A stretch of DNA of 62,036 nt, counting the filler. It is 6 parts of 6 records of this genome, joined end to end, with 100 filler letters (N's around TTAATTAATTAA, not from the genome) between each part and the next. Parts side by side here need not be neighbours in the genome. Positions count along the whole stretch, not along the records: positions 21,686 to 30,066 come from DRR378314_2686; positions 30,167 to 42,216 come from DRR378314_2688; 4 more parts are not named here. One strand, given 5' to 3'. Shown here piece after piece: positions 29,782 to 39,192 of the stretch. Made by a program: the position numbers and the translations under genes. Numbering within the stretch: position 1 is the first letter of the stretch; every line of letters starts with the position of its first letter. The notes under the pieces were generated by a model, which saw only the letters and a program-made list of their open reading frames with translations, made no database searches and was not told the DNA's origin.

Positions 29782-30066
29782 TCAGCCGCGTTTGGCTTTC
29801 AGCTCCAGGCGACGGCGGTGCAGAACCGGCTCGGTGTAGCCGCTGGGCTGCTCGGCGCCTTCGAACACCAGGTCGCAGGAGGCCTTGAAGGCCAGGCTGC
29901 CGTCGAAGTCATCCGACATGTTGGTGTAGGTCGGGTCGCCGGCGTTTTGCTCGTCCACCACCTGGGCCATGCGCTTCATGGTTTCCATCACCTGGTCCTT
30001 GCTGACCACGTCATGCATCAACCAGTTGGCGATGTGCTGGCTGGAGATCCGGCAGGTGGCGCGGTC
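29782..30066 (-). CDS. glcB: Malate synthase G, C-terminal fragment
   Basis: [46 protein letters not shown]. Confidence 0.92.
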   Translation of the reverse strand, partial: DRATCRISSQHIANWLMHDVVSKDQVMETMKRMAQVVDEQNAGDPTYTNMSDDFDGSLAFKASCDLVFEGAEQPSGYTEPVLHRRRLELKAKRG

Positions 30067-30166
30067 NNNNNNNNNNNNNNNNNNNNNNNNNNNNNNNNNN
30101 NNNNNNNNNNTTAATTAATTAANNNNNNNNNNNNNNNNNNNNNNNNNNNNNNNNNNNNNNNNNNNN
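30067..30166. other. Artificial contig linker
   Basis: N-run / TTAATTAATTAA / N-run. Confidence 0.98.
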
Positions 30167-31733
30167 GTACAACGTGCTGCTGCGCGATGACAAAAGCTTT
30201 CCCAATATCCTTGTCGGCAAGACCCATGACTATCCGCAGATCAAGAAGCATCGCGGCGCGCGCAAGGAGAAGGGGAGCTATTTCGGACCCTTCGCCAGCG
30301 CCGGTGCCGTCAATCGAACGCTCAATCAGCTGCAGAAGGCGTTTCTCCTGCGCAACTGTTCGGACAGCATGTTCGAGGCCCGCTCACGTCCCTGCCTGCA
30401 ATATCAGATCAAGCGCTGCTCCGGCCCTTGCGTCGGGCTGATCTCGCGCGAGGACTATGCCGAAAGCGTTCGTGATGCCGAACGTTTCCTGTCGGGCCGC
30501 TCCACCAAGATCCAGGAGGAGCTGGGCGCGCAGATGATGGCGGCCTCCGAAGCGATGGAGTTTGAGCGTGCCGCCGCCCTGCGGGATCGGATCAAGGCGC
30601 TGACGCAGGTGCAGTCAGCCCAGGGCATCAACCCGCGCGGTGTCGCTGAGGCCGATGTGATCGGCCTGCATATGGAGGCCGGGCAGGCCTGCGTGCAGGT
30701 CTTCTTCATTCGTGCCAATCAGAACTGGGGCAATCAGGATTTCTACCCGCGCGTCTCGGCGGACATGTCCCCGGCCGAGGTCATGGAGGCCTTCATCGGC
30801 CAGTTCTACGACAACAAGGATGTGCCGCGGCAGTTGATCCTGTCCGATGACATCGAGAACACCGACCTGATGAGCGAGGCCTTGGGCAACAAGGCCGACC
30901 GCAAGGTGGAGATCGTGGTGCCGCAGCGGGGCGAAAAGACCGAGCTGGTCTCTAGCGCCGTGCGCAACGCCCGCGAAAGCCTCGCCCGTCGCATGGCCGA
31001 GAGCGCCACGCAGGCGAAACTGCTGCGCGGCCTCGCGGAGGCCTTTGGCCTCGAGGGGCCGCCGCAACGGATCGAAGTCTACGACAACTCTCACATTCAA
31101 GGCACCAACGCGGTGGGCGGCATGATCGTGATGGGCCCCGAGGGGCTGATGAAGAACGCCTATCGCAAGTTCAACATCAAGGGCGACGAGCTGGTCCCCG
31201 GCGATGACTTCGGCATGATGAAGGAGGTTCTGAACCGCCGCTTCTCACGCCTGCTGAAGGAAGACCCGGACCGCGACAAGGGCATGTGGCCCGACCTGCT
31301 GCTGATCGATGGCGGCGCCGGGCAGGTCTCGGCGGTGGCGGAGATCATGCAGGAGCATGGGGTGATGGACATACCCATGATTGGCGTCGCCAAAGGCGTG
31401 GATCGCGACCACGGCAAGGAGGAGTTCCACCGCCCCGGCGAGGCTGCTTTTGCCCTGCAGCGCAACGATCCGGTGCTCTATTTCATCCAGCGGATGCGCG
31501 ACGAGGCACACCGGTTTGCGATCGGCACGCACCGCGCCAAACGGGCCAAATCCATGGCCGCCAACCCGCTGGACGAGATCCCCGGCGTCGGCGCCCGGCG
31601 CAAGAAGGCGCTGCTGACCCATTTTGGCAGCGCCAAGGCGGTGAGCCGGGCCAATCTGTCGGATCTGAAAGCGGTCGACGGGGTCTCGGGGGCGCTGGCG
31701 GAAACCATATACAACTACTTTCAGGACCGCTGA
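30167..31733 (+). CDS. uvrC: Excinuclease ABC subunit C (5'-truncated)
   Basis: [49 protein letters not shown], HhH IPGVG. Confidence 0.97.
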
Positions 31734-31820
31734 CCGCGCAATCGCAGCAAAAAAGCCGTTTGGGGCAACAGCGCCAACCGGGGTATACTCCCCCGGTAGC
31801 CCGCTGCCCCGGAGGTAACC

Positions 31821-32432
31821 ATGCCTGCCAGCCTCGCAATGAAAAACGTGATTTACGACACCTATACCGTCAAGGGAAAGACGCTCGCCGAGATCGCCAA
31901 GAGCATCAAGAAGGTCGGCCCGGTTGATCCCAACGACAAGAAACGCGTCGCCTTCCTGACCACGACCAAGCTCGACTGCGCGCTGACCAAGGCCAAGTAC
32001 AAGCCGGACGGCAAGCCCAAGCTCGACAAGAAGTCGGGATGGTACGAGGCCAAGTCGAAACTGGGCAGCCTGAAACTCACTCTGATCCCGACGGTGAACT
32101 GCCCCCGGCGACAGGTCTCCGGCCTTTCGGCGCGGGCGCTGGTGGAGTGGTTCCGCTTTTACGGAGCCTGCCTGCTGCATGAAGCCAAACACGTAGATAA
32201 GGCCAAGAAGGAATGCGACAAGATCGCCAAGGAAGTGGACAAGCTGCGCGGCGTTGGTCTGGCCGAGACCGAAGCCGCCGCGCAAAAAGCTGCGGATGAG
32301 GATCTGGCGCAAGCGGTTCACATCTTTTTCTTCGACAATCGCGAACGGCTGAACGAGCTGCACCGCAAGTTTGACCACGCGACGCATCACGGCGAGAAAC
32401 AAGGCGCGCTGCTCGATACATCCGTGATCTAG
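31821..32432 (+). CDS. DUF922-like putative Zn-dependent (HExxH) protein, Lys-rich, no signal peptide
   Basis: YTVKGKTLAEI..GP, W.RF...LLHEAKH, FDHATHHGEKQG; GGAGG RBS. Confidence 0.7.
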   Translation: MPASLAMKNVIYDTYTVKGKTLAEIAKSIKKVGPVDPNDKKRVAFLTTTKLDCALTKAKYKPDGKPKLDKKSGWYEAKSKLGSLKLTLIPTVNCPRRQVSGLSARALVEWFRFYGACLLHEAKHVDKAKKECDKIAKEVDKLRGVGLAETEAAAQKAADEDLAQAVHIFFFDNRERLNELHRKFDHATHHGEKQGALLDTSVI

Positions 32433-32509
32433 GCGCGCGACGAAATTTGGGTGAAATAAACCGCCCCGGCCCGCTTCCCCCTGCTGCGGCCTGCGGATAA
32501 GGTGCGGCC

Positions 32510-33181
32510 ATGATCTGGAATTTGCCCAATATCCTCACAGTCCTGCGGTTGCTGGCGGCGCCAGCACTGGCAGTGATGTTCCTGTTCTTCTCGCGCCCGC
32601 ATGCGGATTGGTTTGCCCTGATCCTGTTTGTCAGCGCGGCGGTCACCGATTGGTTCGACGGCTATCTGGCGCGCAGCTGGAAGCAGGAAACCAAGATGGG
32701 TGCGATGCTCGACCCGATCGCCGACAAGGCGATGGTGGTGATCGCGCTGATGATCCTGGTGGGTTACGCCACCTCGCATTGGACCGCCTGGCTGGTGCTG
32801 CCCGCCACGGTGATCCTGTTCCGCGAGGTCTTTGTCTCCGGCCTGCGCGAATATCTGGGCGACACGGCGGGTACGCTGAAGGTCACCAAGCTTGCGAAGT
32901 GGAAGACCACCGCCCAGATGATTGCCATTGCGACCTTGTTCTCGCAGGGTATCTTTGAACACCATCTCGGCATGGGCGGCTTTGGCATGGATCGCCAGAT
33001 GGTGCAGGATGTGCTGTCCGGCGCTGTCGAAGACACGCAGGGGCTGCGCTTCTACTATGAGGGCATGGTCTGGTCCGGTCGGCTTGGATTGTGGCTGTTG
33101 TGGATCGCTGCCGCGCTGACGCTGATCACCGGCTTTGACTACCTGAAAAAGGCCCTGCCACACCTGAAGGAGACGCGCTGA
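32510..33181 (+). CDS. pgsA: CDP-diacylglycerol--glycerol-3-phosphate 3-phosphatidyltransferase
   Basis: NLPNILTVLR, TDWFDGYLAR...GAMLDPIADK, KWKTTAQM. Confidence 0.95.
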   Translation: MIWNLPNILTVLRLLAAPALAVMFLFFSRPHADWFALILFVSAAVTDWFDGYLARSWKQETKMGAMLDPIADKAMVVIALMILVGYATSHWTAWLVLPATVILFREVFVSGLREYLGDTAGTLKVTKLAKWKTTAQMIAIATLFSQGIFEHHLGMGGFGMDRQMVQDVLSGAVEDTQGLRFYYEGMVWSGRLGLWLLWIAAALTLITGFDYLKKALPHLKETR

Positions 33182-33426
33182 TGGAGGTTTTGTATTTCGC
33201 CTGGGTGCGCGAGCGCATCGGCTTGCCGAAAGAGCGTGTGGAAACCTCTGCCGTGACCGTGGCGGAACTGGTCGAGGAACTGAAGGGGCGCGAAGAGCGC
33301 TACGCCGCCGCCTTTGCCGACCTCTCCGCCCTCCGGGTGGCGCTGGATCAGGAACTGGCAGAGTTTGACGCGCCGCTTGCGGGCGTGCGCGAGGTGGCCT
33401 TTTTCCCGCCGATGACCGGAGGCTGA
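33181..33426 (+). CDS. moaD: Molybdopterin synthase sulfur carrier subunit
   Basis: LYFAWVRE start and C-terminal FFPPMTGG. Confidence 0.96.
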   Translation: MEVLYFAWVRERIGLPKERVETSAVTVAELVEELKGREERYAAAFADLSALRVALDQELAEFDAPLAGVREVAFFPPMTGG

Positions 33427-33429
33427 GGC

Positions 33430-33876
33430 ATGCGGGTCGCCGTGCAGGACGCGCCCTTCGATTTTGGCGCCGAAGCCGAGGGTTTCGCCCGCGGGGCTGC
33501 TGGTGCCGGGGCCGTTGTGACGTTTACTGGCGTGGTCCGCGAGGCCGACAGCGGGGCCATGGCGGGAATGGAAATCGAGCATTATCCCGGCATGACGCAA
33601 AAAGCGCTGGAGCAGATTGCAACCGAGGCGATGAGCCGCTGGGATCTGACGGATGCGCTGGTGATCCACCGCTACGGGCGGCTTGCGCCCGGCGCACAGA
33701 TCATGATGGTTGCCACCGCCGCCCGCCACCGCGTCGCGGCCTTCGAGGCGGCGGAATATCTGATGGACTACCTCAAGTCCCGCGCCCCGTTCTGGAAGAA
33801 GGAAATCCTTCAGGACGGCAGTGCTGATTGGGTGGCGGCAAAGGATGCCGATGAGGACGCGCTCACCCGCTGGTGA
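33430..33876 (+). CDS. moaE: Molybdopterin synthase catalytic subunit
   Basis: GAVVTFTGVVR, EHYPGMT, IHRYG, MDYLKSRAPFWKKE. Confidence 0.96.
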   Translation: MRVAVQDAPFDFGAEAEGFARGAAGAGAVVTFTGVVREADSGAMAGMEIEHYPGMTQKALEQIATEAMSRWDLTDALVIHRYGRLAPGAQIMMVATAARHRVAAFEAAEYLMDYLKSRAPFWKKEILQDGSADWVAAKDADEDALTRW

Positions 33877-33884
33877 TCTGCCGA

Positions 33885-33953
33885 TCTTCTTCTGACCAGA
33901 AATATCCCAGGGGAGAGGCGCCCTGGCGCCGAGCGGACAGCGCCCCCCCCCCC
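33885..33953. repeat. Rhodobacteraceae-type intergenic palindromic repeat
   Basis: CTTCTTCTGACCAGAAATATCCCAGGGG...GGCGCC-CT-GGCGCC...CAGCGCCCCC layout recalled from roseobacter intergenic repeats. Confidence 0.5.
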
Positions 33954-34003
33954 ATTCTCTCTCGAAATATACTCTCGCCGCTTGATCCCGTGGAGGCGGC
34001 GCT

Positions 34004-34072
34004 CCCGCCCGTTGCGTCTGCATTGGAAATGCAGCCGCAACGGGCGGGCCGGGCGCCGCGCCTGCGGCGCGG
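34004..34072. repeat. Long GC-rich hairpin plus a second small hairpin
   Basis: CCCGCCCGTTGCG-t-CTGCATT-gga-AATGCAG-c-CGCAACGGGCGGG (34004-34048) and CCGCGCC-tgc-GGCGCGG. Confidence 0.65.
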
Positions 34073-34244
34073 CGGGAAACGACTTCATCCTAGAGCTGAG
34101 TTCAGATGTTTCATTTCTACGATAAGGAGTCGCATAACTGACATCGCCAGTCGAGGTTCTCGAATAGCGTGCAATGGTATGCCGTGTTGGCCGAGGGCTG
34201 CGTGGCGACCGAGAAGGCACTATTCCTGAGGAGGAGAATTGAGC

Positions 34245-35429
34245 ATGTCGAGCAACCGAGGTGTTGTCTATCTCGGCCCGAATGAGGTCGAGGTCCAATC
34301 TATTGAGGATGCAAAACTGCAGGCCCCGGATGGCCGCCGCATCGAGCATGGCGTTATTCTCAAGGTGGTCTCCACCAACATCTGCGGCTCCGATCAGCAT
34401 ATGGTGCGCGGACGCACCTCGGCGCAGGCAGGGCTGGTGCTGGGGCATGAGATCACCGGTGAAGTGATCGAGGTGGGCCGCGATGTCGAGATGCTGGCGG
34501 TGGGTGATCTGGTTTCCGTGCCCTTCAACGTCGCCTGCGGGCGCTGCCGGTGCTGCCGGGAACAGGACACCGGCGTCTGCCTGACAGTGAACCCGGAGCG
34601 GGCCGGTGGTGCCTATGGCTATGTCGACATGGGCGGCTGGATCGGTGGCCAGGCGGATTATGTGACCATCCCCTACGCGGATTTCAACCTGCTGAAATTC
34701 CCCGATAAGGATCAGGCGCTGTCGAAGATCCGCGACCTGACCATGCTGTCCGACATCCTGCCCACCGGCTTTCACGGTGCCATGCAGGCCGGCGTTGGTG
34801 TCGGCTCGGTGGTCTATGTGGCGGGCGCGGGTCCGGTCGGGCTGGCGGCAGCGGCGTCGGCACAGATCCTGGGCGCGGCGGTGGTGATGATCGGCGACTT
34901 CAACAAGGAGCGTCTGGACCACGCGGCGCGGGTTGGCTTCGAGCCGGTCGACCTGACCAAGGGCGACAATCTGGGCGAGCTGATCGCCGAGATCACCGGC
35001 ACCCCGGAAGTGGATGCCGCCATCGATGCGGTGGGGTTCGAGGCGCGCGGCCATGCGGGCGGCGAACAGCCGGCGATCGTGCTCAACCAGATGATGGAGA
35101 TCACCCGCGCGGCAGGCTCCATCGGCATTCCCGGCCTCTATGTGACCGAGGACCCGGGCGCGGTGGATGCGGCCGCCAAACAGGGCAGCCTGTCGATGCG
35201 GTTCGGTCTCGGCTGGGCCAAGGCGCAGAGCTTTCATACAGGACAGACGCCGGTGCTGAAGTACAACCGCCAACTGATGCAGGCGATCCTGCACGAACGC
35301 TTGCCGATCGCCGATATCGTCAATGCGACGATCATTCCGCTGGAAGACGCGGCGAAGGGCTATGCCAGCTTCGACAAGGGGGTGGCGCAGAAGTTCGTGC
35401 TCGATCCGCACGGCATGCTGAGCGCCTGA
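34245..35429 (+). CDS. fdhA: Glutathione-independent formaldehyde dehydrogenase
   Basis: NICGSDQHMVRGRT, GHEITG, CGRCRCC..C structural Zn site, LSDILPTG, IGIPGLYVTEDPG; strong GAGGAGG RBS. Confidence 0.93.
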   Translation: MSSNRGVVYLGPNEVEVQSIEDAKLQAPDGRRIEHGVILKVVSTNICGSDQHMVRGRTSAQAGLVLGHEITGEVIEVGRDVEMLAVGDLVSVPFNVACGRCRCCREQDTGVCLTVNPERAGGAYGYVDMGGWIGGQADYVTIPYADFNLLKFPDKDQALSKIRDLTMLSDILPTGFHGAMQAGVGVGSVVYVAGAGPVGLAAAASAQILGAAVVMIGDFNKERLDHAARVGFEPVDLTKGDNLGELIAEITGTPEVDAAIDAVGFEARGHAGGEQPAIVLNQMMEITRAAGSIGIPGLYVTEDPGAVDAAAKQGSLSMRFGLGWAKAQSFHTGQTPVLKYNRQLMQAILHERLPIADIVNATIIPLEDAAKGYASFDKGVAQKFVLDPHGMLSA

Positions 35430-35471
35430 AAATGGTCATGACTGGATCCGGCCCTGTTCTGCAGGGCCGAT

Positions 35472-35867
35472 CTAACCGCAGGCCGCGGGCAGGGTGGGCG
35501 TGTCCTGGCTGAAGATATTGATCCAGTCTGAGCCCCGGCGCTGCCAGATCGAGCTGACGAGCATCACCTCGGGGCTCTTGCGGCTGATCCGCTGAAACGA
35601 GGCGCGATAGCTCAGCATGCCGTGGTCCGCCCCCAAGGCGCGCGCCTGCAGCTCGGTGAGGTGATAACTCTCTACCGTGGGCCCGTTGCAGAGCTGTCCG
35701 CTATGGTCGGCCCGATCCGCAAACCCGCTTGTATAAACCCCGAGAAAACTGTCGCAGAGCAGGGCGGCATCGGCGTCAGCATCGCCTCGGATCAACGCGT
35801 CCCAGACTGCCTGCTCAGCGGCGGTCAGCTCCTGCAGCAGCGCATCGGAAGCCGGGTTGTCGATCAC
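35472..35867 (-). CDS. SnoaL/NTF2-like (DUF4440) protein
   Basis: EQAVWDALIRGD..LL.DSFLGV, SSIWQRRGSDWINIFSQDT. Confidence 0.7.
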   Translation of the reverse strand: MIDNPASDALLQELTAAEQAVWDALIRGDADADAALLCDSFLGVYTSGFADRADHSGQLCNGPTVESYHLTELQARALGADHGMLSYRASFQRISRKSPEVMLVSSIWQRRGSDWINIFSQDTPTLPAACG

Positions 35868-35872
35868 GCGGG

Positions 35873-36193
35873 TCAGCCCGCGCCCTGCAGTTGATTGCGC
35901 AGCTCTTCGGCCTCGTGACGGGCCTCGCGCAGCCCATCCATGGCGGCGCGCAGCTCGGCCTCGGTCTGGCTCAGCTGGTTGGTCAGTTCGGCTTCGCGCT
36001 GCTGCAGGTAGGTGATCGCCTGATCGCGGGTCTCCTCCGCCTCATGCAGCTCCTGGCTCATGCGGTCCAGATCGGCCACGTCGCTCTGGCGCACGCGGGT
36101 GAAGCGATGCACCAGCCAATTGGCAAACCACCCCATCGCAAAGGCGACAAAGAGGATGATGGCTGTGGTGAGGATGAACTCTGTTCTGCTCAT
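35873..36193 (-). CDS. Small membrane-anchored coiled-coil protein
   Basis: One N-terminal TM then heptad-rich helix; 2 nt downstream of the OmpA gene. Confidence 0.75.
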   Translation of the reverse strand: MSRTEFILTTAIILFVAFAMGWFANWLVHRFTRVRQSDVADLDRMSQELHEAEETRDQAITYLQQREAELTNQLSQTEAELRAAMDGLREARHEAEELRNQLQGAG

Positions 36194-36195
36194 TT

Positions 36196-38136
36196 TCAGT
36201 CGGTGTCCTCTTCGGTTTCCGCCTCGGCGGGCTCGGCTTCCGCCGTTTCTTCGGTCTCTGATGCTGCTTCTGTGTCGCTGCTTTCAGCTGAAGCGTCATC
36301 GGCAGCATCAGTTTCATCCTGCGGCAGTTCACTTTCGATCAGGCGGAATTCGATGCGGCGGTTGGCCTCTCGGCCCTCTTCAGTGTCATTTGTGGCGATG
36401 GGGGTGTCCTCGCCATAGCCCTTGGCAACAAAGCTACCGGTCAGGATGCGCCGGGCGCGCAGCGCATTCAGCACCGATTGCGCCCGCGCCTGGCTGAGGT
36501 TCTGGTTCATTTCCTCGCGGCCTTGGCTGTCGGTATGGCCCTGGATTTCCAACGGGATTTCGCCACATTGCTGCAGCAGCTTGGCGATCTTGTCGATCAC
36601 CCGGGCGCTGTCGGCGGCAACTGTGGCAGAGCCCGGTTCGAATGCGATCTTGTCGGCGCGCTGGATCGCGGCCAGTTCCGCCTCGCAGAGCGCGGGTGCC
36701 ATCAACCGATCCTTTGGTTCGGGCGGAGCCTCATGGGTGATATCCAGCTCGTAATCCTCGGCCTCGCCCAGCTTGTCCGACAGCATGCGCGAAATCTCGG
36801 CGCTGGCGTTTTCCAAATGGGTCATGCCGCGCACGGTGACCAGATCCGGGGTCACGGTGACTGCACCGCGCTCCAGCTGCGCCAGCGCATCCAGCGCCGC
36901 CAGCACCCGGATCGGCCAGGCACCGGGCAGATCGGGCACGTTGCGGGTGGCCAGATGGATCGCACCGGTGCCAAACCGTGCCTTGGCGTAGCTGTCCACC
37001 GTGCGCCGCTGCGCATCATCGCTCAGTCGGCCGCGCAGCTGTACCTGCCCTTCGGGGCTGAGGGTGGCGGAGAATTCCGGCGTGTCGTCGGCGGTCTGTT
37101 CCTCGGGCTCCGGCAATACGGCGTGCAGTACAAAGACCTGCGGTAGCGCATTCTCCAGCTCGCCCACGATATGGTCGAACCGTGCTTGCGGCGTGCCTTG
37201 TGCGGCCACCAGCGTCACCTCGCCGTTGGAGTAGGTGATCGATCCCTGCCCCAAGTCTGTGAGCGCCGAGAGACCCACCTCCACCGCGCGGGACCAGCTG
37301 GCCGACGGTACGCCAAGGCCAATGGTGCAGTCCGTCTCCATCCGCAATGCAGCGTTTTCAGCGGCTTTCAGAATACGACGACGGCTGTCTTCGTTCTCGG
37401 CAGAACAGGCGTCAAACCGCCCGCCCTGGGGACCGAGAACATAGCGCAATGTAAACGGAGAAATAACCGGACGCGGAGCGGCGATATCAAGCGTGACATG
37501 CACATTTGGCGGCAGCATGCGGTTCAGCTCGTTTTCCAGTTTTTCCTTCGCCTCGGGGCTGTCAGCAATGGCGGTGATGCGCACCGCCCCCGCTTCGACC
37601 GAGATCTTTGTACGCGGCAAGAGCGCCAGTGCCTTCAGTGCATAGGCCATCGCGTCGGCCCAGTCTTTGGGCAGAGGGTAGTCGGCCGTTTCGACAAAAT
37701 CGGTGACCTGCGGAGTGCCGCGAATGGCGCTCAGGCGCTTGATCAGTGCCTCGTGATCACTGTCGGAGGGGATCAGGCCGATAATTGAAATCCCTGCGTC
37801 GTTGCGCAGGATCTCGGTCGAAAACCGGGGCGGGGCGATTCCCTTCGATGGTGTGACTTCCATCAGGTCGATGATCCGCGTCGCGTCGACCACTGCACCA
37901 ACGCGCGAAATCGCCGAAAACCGTTTGGCCTCATCCGGGGCCACGCCCGACAGCTCCACCCGCAGCCCATCCGCGACGACTTCGGCCCAGGACAGGCCGG
38001 ACTCGTCAAGGGTGCGGCGGACTACGATTTCCGAATTGTTCTCTAGTGCGGTCGCTGCAAACCCCGCAACCACCAAACTAAGACCGGCTGCACCGGCAAA
38101 GGCGGCGGTGGGGATCAGAAGCGAAGATAAGCGCAT
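36196..38136 (-). CDS. OmpA-family peptidoglycan-binding protein with BON-like repeats
   Basis: C-terminal IQGHTDSQG..NQNLSQARA..KGYGE..NRRIEF; N-terminal TM anchor; acidic tail. Confidence 0.9.
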   Translation of the reverse strand: MRLSSLLIPTAAFAGAAGLSLVVAGFAATALENNSEIVVRRTLDESGLSWAEVVADGLRVELSGVAPDEAKRFSAISRVGAVVDATRIIDLMEVTPSKGIAPPRFSTEILRNDAGISIIGLIPSDSDHEALIKRLSAIRGTPQVTDFVETADYPLPKDWADAMAYALKALALLPRTKISVEAGAVRITAIADSPEAKEKLENELNRMLPPNVHVTLDIAAPRPVISPFTLRYVLGPQGGRFDACSAENEDSRRRILKAAENAALRMETDCTIGLGVPSASWSRAVEVGLSALTDLGQGSITYSNGEVTLVAAQGTPQARFDHIVGELENALPQVFVLHAVLPEPEEQTADDTPEFSATLSPEGQVQLRGRLSDDAQRRTVDSYAKARFGTGAIHLATRNVPDLPGAWPIRVLAALDALAQLERGAVTVTPDLVTVRGMTHLENASAEISRMLSDKLGEAEDYELDITHEAPPEPKDRLMAPALCEAELAAIQRADKIAFEPGSATVAADSARVIDKIAKLLQQCGEIPLEIQGHTDSQGREEMNQNLSQARAQSVLNALRARRILTGSFVAKGYGEDTPIATNDTEEGREANRRIEFRLIESELPQDETDAADDASAESSDTEAASETEETAEAEPAEAETEEDTD

Positions 38137-38217
38137 GAGGTACGGAATTCCGGAAGTTTTGATGTTAACGGTCTTACAAGGGCACCCGCGAGGGATCAAT
38201 CACATGGGGTGACGCAG

Positions 38218-39180
38218 TCAGGCAAACTGAGCCAGACCCAGGAATATGAGCGGAATCAAGCCGGTGTCACGGTTGAGGCGAAACAGGCAAAGCAACCTGT
38301 CGTTGTTTTCCGCATCAAAGGCCCGCAACTGCCACGTCATGTGCCAGCCCATCGCCCATGGGGCACAAAGTGCCAGCGCCAGCGCCAGGACCGATCCTGC
38401 GGGCTGCACCGCCATGAGGATTGCCAGTCCCATCAGGCTGACGGTGGCGACGATAAAGCGGCGCAGCCAGGTCGGAGAGCGCTCCCCAAACAGCCGCGCG
38501 GTGGATTTCACCCCGATCAACGCGTCGTCCTCGGTGTCCTGATGGGCATAAATGGTGTCATAAAACAGCGTCCACGCCATGCCCGCCAAATACAGCACCA
38601 CCGCAGGCCACTCCAGGCGACCACTATGGGCAACCCAAGTCAGCATCGCGCCCCAGTTGAAGGCCAGGCCGAGGAAGATCTGCGGCCACCAGGTAAAGCG
38701 CTTGGCAAAGGGGTAAATCGCCACCGGGAACAGCGCGAGAATGCCCATGGCAATGGCGGCCTGATTGAAGGTCAAAAGTATGCCGAAGGCCAGCAGACAC
38801 TGTAATGCCATCCAGGTGAGAGCGCCCTTTACGGAGACTTGGCCGGAGGGAATGGGGCGCGAGCGTGTGCGCTCCACCCCGCCATCGATGTCGCGGTCGG
38901 TGATGTCATTCCACGTACAACCCGCGCCGCGCATCAGCCACGCGCCCAGTCCGCAGCCGACAAAGATCCACAGGTCCTCCCAGCGCGGGTTCTGTCCCGC
39001 GATCATGGCCAGCGCCAGCCCCCACCAGCAGGGCAGCAGCAACAGCCAGGTGCCAATGGGTCGGTCGGCGCGGCTCAGGCGCAGATAGGGGCGGGTCCAG
39101 GCAGGGGCGTAGATGTCGACCCAATTGTCTTTCACCGCATCCGCGACACGTCCATCTGGTGTTGGCGACTGGCCTTGCAT
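38218..39180 (-). CDS. ubiA: 4-hydroxybenzoate polyprenyltransferase
   Basis: RADRPIGTWLL, GCTWNDITDRDID..RTRSRPIPSG, YDTIYAHQD.EDD; start at MQGQSP. Confidence 0.95.
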   Translation of the reverse strand: MQGQSPTPDGRVADAVKDNWVDIYAPAWTRPYLRLSRADRPIGTWLLLLPCWWGLALAMIAGQNPRWEDLWIFVGCGLGAWLMRGAGCTWNDITDRDIDGGVERTRSRPIPSGQVSVKGALTWMALQCLLAFGILLTFNQAAIAMGILALFPVAIYPFAKRFTWWPQIFLGLAFNWGAMLTWVAHSGRLEWPAVVLYLAGMAWTLFYDTIYAHQDTEDDALIGVKSTARLFGERSPTWLRRFIVATVSLMGLAILMAVQPAGSVLALALALCAPWAMGWHMTWQLRAFDAENNDRLLCLFRLNRDTGLIPLIFLGLAQFA

Positions 39181-39192
39181 ATGTAGGACCTC

